The notes beneath the pieces were generated by a model. It made no database searches. It was not told the origin of the DNA and worked only from the letters and a program-made list of their open reading frames with translations. From the NCBI GenBank assembly GCA_001782825.1, contig MFPS01000008.1:73012-137011 (forward strand): 64,000 bases of DNA. Reading direction: 5' to 3'. This stretch comes from Candidatus Magasanikbacteria bacterium RIFCSPHIGHO2_01_FULL_33_34 (GTDB lineage: Bacteria; Patescibacteriota; Patescibacteriia; Magasanikbacterales; UBA922). How positions within the stretch are numbered: the stretch's first letter is position 1; each line of letters opens with the position of its first letter. Below are positions 58,301 through 64,000 of the stretch, in pieces. Made by a program: the position numbers and the translations under genes.

Positions 58301-58513
58301 ATTGATGCTGGTGTTTCTAGAATTGATCCTATTATACTTACAACTATTACTACGGTATTTGGAATTTTGCCATTGGCCATAAGTCAACCTATATGGGCTT
58401 CTCTTGGTTATGCAATTATTTATGGATTGTTGTTTTCAACTGTAATCACATTGGTCGTAATACCGATGATTTATGCTAGAATGTATAGAGTATCCAAACA
58501 AAATAACGAGTAA
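55400..58513 (+). CDS. RND-family efflux transporter permease (AcrB/AcrD-like)
   Basis: 1037 aa, 12 TM with two large periplasmic loops. Conserved TM4 and TM10 charged residues in context (ALGILVDSTIVI, GIVVNNAIILID). Confidence 0.9.
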   Translation: MPKDKTFWSFFIDNAKFTILIIIALVGFGIISAVELPKESDPEVNIPIVVISVGFPGAGVEEVEELITNKIENKLSGLTDVDVMRSTSIAGNSSTVIEFDPKADADKLIDEIKEKVDQLKPNLPDDATDPYIAQASTSNQPFLILSLGGPYETAQLKAYAVELENKIEKINGVSDVTVTGGKDREIQVIVDKAKLNTFGLPLSNITYAISSANNDIPIGSIQTAGEEYRLRFAGRLSNAEEISTVPVGVVGGVPVLVRDIAEVRDTFSNPSSYSYLSKAGGKANPAVTLSILKTQGGDITKISDEIIVVANKIVKENFPENITVEPIQDTAEYIREDLGNLTKNGIATVVIVTLLLILFIGWKEALMAGFSIPLAFLMTFIGLLIFGFTINFITLFSLILALGILVDSTIVINQGLNKHRRLGKTSRQSAIDTIKEFQYPLISGTLTTVFAFIPMLLTGGIMGEYIKTIPVTVSLVLVSSLFIALAIVPTLSVIFFKKNDIVNGQVEFSVSKFEKYFQTLRLWYAKQLKNILENKLTRKKIKRILIVAIIFAYALPITGLLKVEMFPASDIDFFTINLEKPFGTPLEETRDSLILLAEDLYDDNRIDNFIIGVGSTMSYDMAGGSNGSHLGYVLINLKKENKEKSYKVVDGYADYFKNFSEGKVSVSQPSSGPPGSAPVEIKIIGEDMYELDRIAHDFENLLGSIDGTRNIGNSVIQTNGQFVVEVDRIRAQQYGVNATQLALELRNAINGTQATEISQAGEDVDVIVKYDLSHGGEMNTTITDISTIEALSIATPTGDIPVSSLAKFSLENSRASIAHENGERIVKVSSQLETNISPLDVISKVKLLMEDKIDIPDEYYISFGGENEDVQESFSDMLRAMILSIILIAGLMVLQFKSFRQSLLIVVTIPFSLVGVFPGLLLMGQSISFPGVIGIVALVGIVVNNAIILIDRINNNVYEGMDIDSAIIDAGVSRIDPIILTTITTVFGILPLAISQPIWASLGYAIIYGLLFSTVITLVVIPMIYARMYRVSKQNNE

Positions 58514-58598
58514 AAACTCGTTTTTTTGTTAGATTTTATATAAAAAACCTAACTATAAATTAGTTTACTTATTGACTTGATGGAATTTTTCTTGTATA

Positions 58599-58910
58599 TT
58601 GTATTTTACAAAATATTCAATGGAGGAAAAGGCAATGAAAAACGGTAAATGGACACTTTTTCGTGTACATTATTCTGCTTGTAAATCTGTGGTTAAATCT
58701 GATACGTATGAGTTTTCTAGCTTGGTTGAACTTGGTATCTTCCTTGGTCATTCTTTTGCTAGGGATCTAGTAAGAGGTGTAGTGAGTGCATTTGTTGGAC
58801 TGAAGGTAGATATTGATGGAGTAATTTATGTCGCTGATATTAGTGAACATGGTGGTGTGATTAATAAAAAGCCAATAACTGAACATAAAAAGTTACCTCA
58901 TACTTATTGA
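58599..58910 (+). CDS. Hypothetical protein (103 aa)
   Basis: Has a Shine-Dalgarno-like GGAGGAAAAGG sequence and a downstream terminator. No motif. Confidence 0.4.
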   Translation: MYFTKYSMEEKAMKNGKWTLFRVHYSACKSVVKSDTYEFSSLVELGIFLGHSFARDLVRGVVSAFVGLKVDIDGVIYVADISEHGGVINKKPITEHKKLPHTY

Positions 58911-58992
58911 GATAGCAAACCTAGCCCTCCGGTGGATTGAGTAATACCCTGACATTTTTTTGTGATAGTCGCACCGAATTGTCGGGGACTAT

Positions 58993-59024
58993 AAAAAACA
59001 ACCCAATTATGGGTTGTTTTTTTA
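58993..59024. terminator. Bidirectional terminator (AACAACCCA-atta-TGGGTTGTT flanked by an A-tract and a T-tract)
   Basis: Serves the 58599 gene on plus and the HMA-cupredoxin gene on minus, whose stop is at 59027. Confidence 0.6.
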
Positions 59025-59026
59025 TT

Positions 59027-60364
59027 TTATTCAATTATAAATTGGCCACGAACCATTCCCATCCCGCAGCTAAATCCATAAGTTCCTGGAGATGGGGGAG
59101 TAAATTCAATGGTATTTAATCCATAATTTATTTTTTTTCTTATATTAAATGATGGTGAAATAATTTCGCTTGTACAACCGGTAATTTCTACTCCATTTAT
59201 TTCCCATTGTACTGGAATACCAGCTTTGAGTTTGAAGACATTTGGTGTAAATCCAGAGTAATCAACTGTCATTTGTATGACTTGAATATTATTTTTTGTC
59301 TCAGTAGTTCCAATATCTTTTTTATCAAAAAATCCTGTATTTATTCCCGCTAATGCTAATCCGCTTGATAAAGTATATAAAGAAAAGAAAATAACTAAAA
59401 AACCAATGGTTTTGGTAAGAACAATATTTTTTTTATTTTTAAACTTGGTGGTGGCCATACCAAGTCCAAGTAAAATAGGCATGGTGCCAAGTCCAAATAA
59501 AAGCATAGTTATACCACCGATCCAAAAACTTCCAGAAGAAACTGCGAATAATTGCATACTTTGCGTAAAACCACAAGGAAGGAAAAAAGTAAAGGCGCCT
59601 AAAATAATTGGAGCAAGCGCATGTTCTGATGTTTTTAATTTGTTCCATGTTTTTATGCTGTTTTTTGGTAAATTTATACCAAGGTTTGATATGGAAGGGA
59701 CAAAACCCAAAATATTCAAACCAAGCCAACCTAAAACAATGGCAATTATAATTGTAAAAACAGACATAAATGAGGTGGATAGTGTGAACCAACTACCAAT
59801 ATATCCGAGTAGTCCGCCAAGAAGGAAAAATGAACTAAGACGACCAGCATGGAATAATAAATGAGGTTTTAAATTTCTATTGAAAAAAGTTCCTTGCGCT
59901 TCATATTTGGCTGCAAAAGACATTACTACCGCTCCAACTACCGCTAGGCAAGTAGACATGGACGCAACTATTCCAATTAAAAATGCAACACTGTAGGTAA
60001 TATTGCTAGCATCAAAATTAAGTAGATCAATTACTCCAATCCAGCGTAAATAAATATATACTATATATATACTAAATAAAATTATTAATGAATAAAGCCA
60101 TTGGGTTGTTGTAGCTTTTTTGGAGTTGATTGATTTGGAAATAGGGGATAGTTCAGCGCCATAACCTAGGCTTCTTATTTTTTTAAGAATTTCATCAATT
60201 TCCAAGTCTGCATCTGAAACCAATTCAGCTATTTGTTTTTTTTTACAAACAGTTACTTTTTCTATTTTTTCTATCTCGTTTAATTCATTGGTGATCATCA
60301 CTTCACAAGATGTACAAGTGAGACCACTTAAATATATTTTGATATTTTTTTGATTATTTTTCAT
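59027..60364 (-). CDS. Copper-handling membrane protein: N-terminal heavy-metal-associated (HMA) domain, a CcdA/DsbD-like 6-8 TM core with conserved TM cysteines, and a C-terminal cupredoxin-like domain
   Basis: 445 aa. GLTCTSCE HMA motif. TM Cys in MSTCLAVVGA and FFLPCGFTQS. The C-terminal beta domain contains GTYGFSCGMGMVRG. Co-operonic with csoR. Confidence 0.6.
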   Translation of the reverse strand: MKNNQKNIKIYLSGLTCTSCEVMITNELNEIEKIEKVTVCKKKQIAELVSDADLEIDEILKKIRSLGYGAELSPISKSINSKKATTTQWLYSLIILFSIYIVYIYLRWIGVIDLLNFDASNITYSVAFLIGIVASMSTCLAVVGAVVMSFAAKYEAQGTFFNRNLKPHLLFHAGRLSSFFLLGGLLGYIGSWFTLSTSFMSVFTIIIAIVLGWLGLNILGFVPSISNLGINLPKNSIKTWNKLKTSEHALAPIILGAFTFFLPCGFTQSMQLFAVSSGSFWIGGITMLLFGLGTMPILLGLGMATTKFKNKKNIVLTKTIGFLVIFFSLYTLSSGLALAGINTGFFDKKDIGTTETKNNIQVIQMTVDYSGFTPNVFKLKAGIPVQWEINGVEITGCTSEIISPSFNIRKKINYGLNTIEFTPPSPGTYGFSCGMGMVRGQFIIE

Positions 60365-60367
60365 AAG

Positions 60368-60637
60368 TTATTTATTAAATTTGGTCACTTTTAAAATCTC
60401 TTTTATTTTTTCTTCTTGCTTCTTTTTATTTTTAGAAATCATCGCTGATTTGAAACATGTTTTTAAGTGTTGTTCCATTATTTTTTGGTTGGCAGATTTG
60501 AGTAGGCCTATTACTGCTAGGTTTTGTTGCATAATATCTATACAATATTTTCCATCTTCTTTCATTTTTATAATTTTATTCAGTAAACTTTGTGCTTTCT
60601 TGAAATTCACTATAGGGCTTTTCTTTTTTTCAGACAT
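60368..60637 (-). CDS. csoR: Copper-sensing transcriptional repressor CsoR (CsoR/RcnR family)
   Basis: 89 aa. C-H-C ligand set: YCIDIMQQ ... EQHLKTC (Cys-x24-His-x3-Cys). Confidence 0.75.
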   Translation of the reverse strand: MSEKKKSPIVNFKKAQSLLNKIIKMKEDGKYCIDIMQQNLAVIGLLKSANQKIMEQHLKTCFKSAMISKNKKKQEEKIKEILKVTKFNK

Positions 60638-60659
60638 ATGTTATTATTATAATTGATTA

Positions 60660-60680
60660 ATACCTATACCATAGGTATTG
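60660..60680. promoter_or_regulatory. Candidate CsoR operator: pseudo-palindrome ATACCTAT-ACC-ATAGGTAT immediately upstream of csoR, overlapping a minus-strand TATAAT
   Basis: Inverted repeat seen directly. CsoR-family operators are typically TACC-N-GGTA-type palindromes near the -10 and -35 elements. Confidence 0.45.
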
Positions 60681-60753
60681 GAATATTATATCATTGCATT
60701 GTTTATTTTACAATATATATATTATTGTGGACAAAGATATATTAATTTATATG

Positions 60754-61173
60754 AATAAAAAAATTATAGCTACTTTGTTGATTTTGATTGTATTTACAAT
60801 TCATAGTTTGTTGGTTAAAACTATGATGAATATGGAATCCAATCATGATTGTCCTTTATCAATTTTGATGACTGGAGAATGTTTGGCAGATTCTACTCCA
60901 ATTGAAGTATTGTCTTTTCATGATCATTTAATTTTTACTGTTCAAACAGGTAATATTGTATTTTTAATAATATTTTTGATTATAGTAGCTTGGTTTTATA
61001 GTAAGAATGACTTTTTAAAATACTTGTTTAAGTCTAAAGTTTTTTATATACATAAATGGCAGTTTATATATTTTTTATATTATCAAAAAATTAGGGATTG
61101 GTCTTCTTATTTTTTTAGAATTCCTAAATTATCAAGTATCGGGCGTTTAAACTTATTGTATAAGTTTATTTAA
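60754..61173 (+). CDS. Hypothetical membrane protein (the listed ORF starts at 60694; a likelier start is MNKKIIATLL at 60754)
   Basis: Signal/TM at the N-terminus, then a DCPLS...GEC motif and a second TM. Divergent from csoR. Confidence 0.4.
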   Translation, partial: NKKIIATLLILIVFTIHSLLVKTMMNMESNHDCPLSILMTGECLADSTPIEVLSFHDHLIFTVQTGNIVFLIIFLIIVAWFYSKNDFLKYLFKSKVFYIHKWQFIYFLYYQKIRDWSSYFFRIPKLSSIGRLNLLYKFI

Positions 61174-61217
61174 AGTTAGTTCTTAAACGCCCACTATCTT
61201 TTAAATAGTGGGTTTTT
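61141..61217 (+). terminator. Compound terminator: a 10-bp-stem hairpin GGGCGTTTAA...TTAAACGCCC overlapping CCCACTAT...ATAGTGGG plus T5
   Basis: Seen directly after the 60754-61173 ORF. Confidence 0.5.
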
Positions 61218-61236
61218 AATTATATAAGTATAAAAT

Positions 61237-61719
61237 ATGAAAAATAAAAAATTAATTTATGGATTTGTTGCAATAGTTATTCTGGTTGGTGGTTTGGTAA
61301 TAAAATCAAATATAAAATCTAATGTAGATTTGACAGATTCTGATCAATTAAAAGATAAATTGGTATTGTATCGATCACCTAATTGTGGTTGCTGTGTTAA
61401 TTATGCAGCTTATTTAAAAAAAGAAGGTTATGAAGTTGAAATCATATCAACTGATGATATGAACACTGTGAAGGAGGAAAAAAGAGTTCCTTTTAACATG
61501 TCTAGTTGTCATACTGTAGTAATGGGAGATTATGTAATTGAAGGTCATATTCCTGTAGAAGGTATAAAAAAATTAGCTAGTGAGAGACCAAATATTGTTG
61601 GTATAACTCTTCCGGATATGCCACAAGGTTCACCAGGAATGCCAGGAAGAAAAGTTGGTTTGTTTGATATTTATTCTATAGAAAATGATGGTAATACTTC
61701 ATTATTTACTCAACTTTAA
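61237..61719 (+). CDS. DUF411-family (CopG-like) periplasmic metal-binding protein
   Basis: 160 aa. N-terminal TM/signal. SPNCGCCVNY and DMPQGSPGMPG are hallmark DUF411 motifs. Confidence 0.7.
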   Translation: MKNKKLIYGFVAIVILVGGLVIKSNIKSNVDLTDSDQLKDKLVLYRSPNCGCCVNYAAYLKKEGYEVEIISTDDMNTVKEEKRVPFNMSSCHTVVMGDYVIEGHIPVEGIKKLASERPNIVGITLPDMPQGSPGMPGRKVGLFDIYSIENDGNTSLFTQL

Positions 61720-61720
61720 T

Positions 61721-62242
61721 ATGAAAAATAAATTTATTATAGCCGGATTATTTTTATTTTTTCCTGCAACTGCAAAAGCTCACTGTCCTTTATGTACTGC
61801 AGGAGCAGGGTTTTTGGCTATTTGGGCAACATATCTTGGGGTTAGTAGTTATATAATAGGGATAATGATAGGGGCCTTTGCAATGGCTTTGGCTTTTTGG
61901 GTTCCCAGGATTATCAAGAAAAAGTATATGCCTTATCAAGATATATTTTTGATGATAATTATATTTTTTTCAACCATAATTCCAATTATGCCTTTTATTC
62001 AAGATTATACATCGTTTAATATATATTGGTTTGGTGAATATGGCGGAGTTTTCAATAAAACTTATATGGTAAGTAGATTTTTGATAGGGAGTTTTATTGG
62101 GGCTTTTGTTATGTTTGTTTCTCCATATATAAGCAAAAAAATTATTAAAATAAGAAGTGGTAAATTAGTTCCTTATCAAGGAATATTGATTACTTTTTTT
62201 ATTTTATTAACAACCTCATTATTATTCCAATATTCTATATGA
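61721..62242 (+). CDS. Hypothetical membrane protein with C-P-L-C immediately after the signal peptide (start taken at MKNKFIIAG)
   Basis: Roughly 173 aa with 4 predicted TM. ...ATAKAHCPLCTAGAGF... No family recognised. Confidence 0.45.
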   Translation: MKNKFIIAGLFLFFPATAKAHCPLCTAGAGFLAIWATYLGVSSYIIGIMIGAFAMALAFWVPRIIKKKYMPYQDIFLMIIIFFSTIIPIMPFIQDYTSFNIYWFGEYGGVFNKTYMVSRFLIGSFIGAFVMFVSPYISKKIIKIRSGKLVPYQGILITFFILLTTSLLFQYSI

Positions 62243-62679
62243 ATGATATAACTCTAACTTTTTTAATTATAGTTTTACTGTTTGTATTTCTATTATTTTT
62301 AAAAAAGTTTGTAAAAATAGACTATTGTGTAATATGCGCTAGTATAAGTTTAACGTGGATATCACTTTTGTTTTTGTATTGGTATGGAATGTATTCAAAT
62401 TTGACTATGCTTGCGGTTTTGATGGGGCAGAGTGCAGTTGGTTTTTACTATTTTGTTCAAAAACATATAAAAGAAAATTTACTTTTATTCCGTTTGCCTT
62501 TTTTACTCACAGAAACATGGATAATATTGTTTTTATTGGGTGGAGTAACTGTTTTTGACAAATCATTTTTACTAATTGTATTATCTTGGTTTGCAATTAT
62601 TATTTTATATATTTATAGAAATAATAAAAAAATGAATATAATTGTAAAAAAAATAATAGCTTGTTGTAAAAATTGGTAA
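62239..62679 (+). CDS. Hypothetical 4-TM membrane protein with a C-V-I-C motif in TM1 and a C-terminal CC
   Basis: 146 aa. KIDYCVICASISL ... IIACCKNW. Possibly a thiol-redox membrane protein; tentative. Confidence 0.45.
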   Translation: MNDITLTFLIIVLLFVFLLFLKKFVKIDYCVICASISLTWISLLFLYWYGMYSNLTMLAVLMGQSAVGFYYFVQKHIKENLLLFRLPFLLTETWIILFLLGGVTVFDKSFLLIVLSWFAIIILYIYRNNKKMNIIVKKIIACCKNW

Positions 62680-62692
62680 TTAAGTAAATTAT

Positions 62693-63445
62693 ATGAATAA
62701 ATTAGAATCAAATATTCAAACGAAAAAATCGTCAACAAAAATAGATATACAATTATCTATACAAAAAATAGCTATAGTATTGGTGGGTATATTGTTTGTT
62801 ACCAATCAGGCGCTTGCCATTAATATTGGTAAACAATTTATTCATGAAGATATGAGAAACATAGTGGGGCTTACAGGTAATTTTGCAAAAGATATTGCTC
62901 ATCTTGTAACTCCTTCGTCTATGCCATTTTATGGGGTTGAGCTTGGTCTTGATATGTCGAGTTTAAATGCTATAAATGTGTCAATTGCAAAATTAGGAAA
63001 AATGGCACCAATGCAAGGAAGTAATCCTATACAATTAAACAGTGAAGAAATGAAAAGATATATTGAAATTGGCACTGAACCGTATGTTACTTGTGAATTT
63101 TGTTGTGGTGTAAAAACATTAGTGCGTGAAGATGGTAGTCCAACTTGTGGCTGTGCTCATTCTATTGCAATGCGTGGAACAGCGGCATATTTAATAAAAA
63201 ATTATCCTGAGATGACCAATGCCGAAATTGCTTATGAGTTGATGCGACAGAAAGGAATGTATTTCCCCGGACAGATGCAAGAGAGAATGGCTAGTTCACT
63301 CTCAGGTGATTTAGCTGAAGCCAAACCGGATATCAAATATCTAATCATGAATTTAACAGAGGAAGAATTGAAAGATTTACAGAAAAAAGCCAAAAATTCA
63401 GGATTTAAACCGGAAGCAAACTCTGAAATGATAGGTGGATGCTAG
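62693..63445 (+). CDS. Hypothetical secreted/anchored Cys- and Met-rich protein ending in MIGGC
   Basis: 250 aa. N-terminal TM. Met-rich segments (KMAPMQG; MYFPGQMQERM). Cys cluster CEFCCGV...PTCGCAHS. C-terminal GGC. Confidence 0.5.
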   Translation: MNKLESNIQTKKSSTKIDIQLSIQKIAIVLVGILFVTNQALAINIGKQFIHEDMRNIVGLTGNFAKDIAHLVTPSSMPFYGVELGLDMSSLNAINVSIAKLGKMAPMQGSNPIQLNSEEMKRYIEIGTEPYVTCEFCCGVKTLVREDGSPTCGCAHSIAMRGTAAYLIKNYPEMTNAEIAYELMRQKGMYFPGQMQERMASSLSGDLAEAKPDIKYLIMNLTEEELKDLQKKAKNSGFKPEANSEMIGGC

Positions 63446-63446
63446 G

Positions 63447-63500
63447 TGGAGAAGAATAAGCAAATAAGGCAGAGTAAGCAAACTAAGTATTTAATTAATA
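63447..63500. repeat. Phased ...TAAG repeat tract (GAAGAATAAG|CAAATAAG|GCAGAGTAAG|CAAACTAAG) related to the tract at 52868
   Basis: Shares the exact 12-mer GGCAGAGTAAGC with 52878-52889. Confidence 0.35.
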
Positions 63501-63538
63501 AGTCTAGATTCAATATTCTAGATTCTAAATTTTAAATT

Positions 63539-63727
63539 ATGTTATCACAAAAAACATTAACAGCATTGTTGGTAATAGCAGTGTTTGCGCTTTCATACCA
63601 AACTGTAACATTGGGTATGATGAGCAAAAAATTGGAAACAGCCAAAATTGGTATTGGCGCATCGCCAACCGCGATTAATCTTACCGATGATGGAGGCACA
63701 GCGCCTGCAATGGTAGGAGGGTGCTAA
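63539..63727 (+). CDS. Small hypothetical exported protein (62 aa) ending in MVGGC
   Basis: N-terminal TM/signal, Gly/Ala-rich, and the same C-terminal (I/V)GGC as the upstream 250-aa protein. Confidence 0.4.
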   Translation: MLSQKTLTALLVIAVFALSYQTVTLGMMSKKLETAKIGIGASPTAINLTDDGGTAPAMVGGC

Positions 63728-63800
63728 ATAAGCAAATTAAGCAGAATAAGTAATAAGCAGAGTAAGACATTAAAAAATACTTAATACTTTATACTAAATA
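63728..63800. repeat. Third phased repeat tract (ATAAG|CAAATTAAG|CAGAATAAG|TAATAAG|CAGAGTAAG ... TACTTAATACTTTATACTAAATATTTAATACTAATA)
   Basis: Decameric periodicity seen directly. Follows the stop of the 62-aa gene. Confidence 0.3.
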
Positions 63801-63818
63801 TTTAATACTAATAAATAT

Positions 63819-64000
63819 ATGATAGAAGAAAAAAAAGATTGTTGTGCTGAGCATGACATAAAAAAAGAATCTGATGGCTGTAAGGATAAGACAATGAAAG
63901 AGGCACATAATGCCGGCAGGAGCCCAAACCAAATACTTATTACGGTTTTGGCTGTTGTGGTTGCGATAAATATTTTAACAATGGGATTTTTTACTTATTC
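63819..64000 (+). CDS. 5' end of a hypothetical protein with an N-terminal D-C-C-A-E-H metal-binding-like motif followed by a TM helix (partial, runs off the window)
   Basis: MIEEKKDCCAEHDIKKESDGCKDKTMKEAHNAGRSPNQILITVLAVVVAINILTMGFF... Confidence 0.35.
   Translation, partial: MIEEKKDCCAEHDIKKESDGCKDKTMKEAHNAGRSPNQILITVLAVVVAINILTMGFFTY

Overview
This window is a low-GC, compact stretch of chromosome. Gene content points to a Gram-positive-like, reduced-genome bacterium, probably CPR/Patescibacteria: a type IV pilus module (pilM, receiver domain, pilin, pilD), a gatCA operon with no adjacent gatB, a thioredoxin-fold pair flanking ccdA, no respiratory genes, many small hypothetical proteins, and sigma-70-like TTGACA/TATAAT promoters.

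Gene orientation is almost entirely minus up to about 22.9 kb and mostly plus afterwards.

I recognise the following genes:
- an MBOAT O-acyltransferase with the start of its partner gene
- a DEAD-box helicase
- typA
- malic enzyme
- an ABC-F ATPase
- a PAS/HAMP sensor with no kinase domain
- cspA, greA, dnaX and a SWIB-domain protein
- a membrane-anchored T4SS-type (VirB4/VirD4/HerA-superfamily) ATPase flanked by two unknowns
- cysS
- the pilus module (pilM, receiver domain, pilin, pilD)
- ligA
- gatC, gatA, a tandem LOG-domain fusion and lgt
- a short MGMT (ogt)
- a semiSWEET
- rpmA (L27)
- ftsW and murG
- a thioredoxin-like/ccdA/thioredoxin-like module
- a P-type cation ATPase
- a translin-like protein
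- a Mur ligase lacking its N-terminal domain
- an FtsB-like protein, a parvulin and ftsEX
- an RND efflux pair
- a copper cluster: csoR with a palindromic operator, an HMA/CcdA-like/cupredoxin membrane protein, a DUF411 protein, and several Cys-motif proteins, two of which end in GGC

There are six tRNAs: Asn, Gln(CUG), Ser(GGA), Lys(UUU), Thr(CGU) and Gln(UUG).

The most notable signals, in order:
1. The tRNA-Asn gene is split in its anticodon loop by a roughly 480-nt group I intron. The canonical R element (GUUCAGAGACUA) and S element (GAUAUAGUCC) are both visible.
2. A cluster of four paralogous single-transmembrane small ORFs (31 to 48 aa) surrounds a zinc-ribbon protein. None is in the supplied ORF track.
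3. Two copies of a roughly 100-nt structured repeat flank the Mur ligase gene, and their hairpins covary between copies.
4. A roughly 290-bp GC-rich palindrome-bounded element sits between ligA and gatC.
5. Phased 9-10-bp ...TAAG repeats follow three genes.
6. There is an orphan three-gene operon around the T4SS-type ATPase.

No CRISPR array, rRNA gene or obvious IS element was seen. All functional calls rest on motif recognition by eye; no database searches were run.
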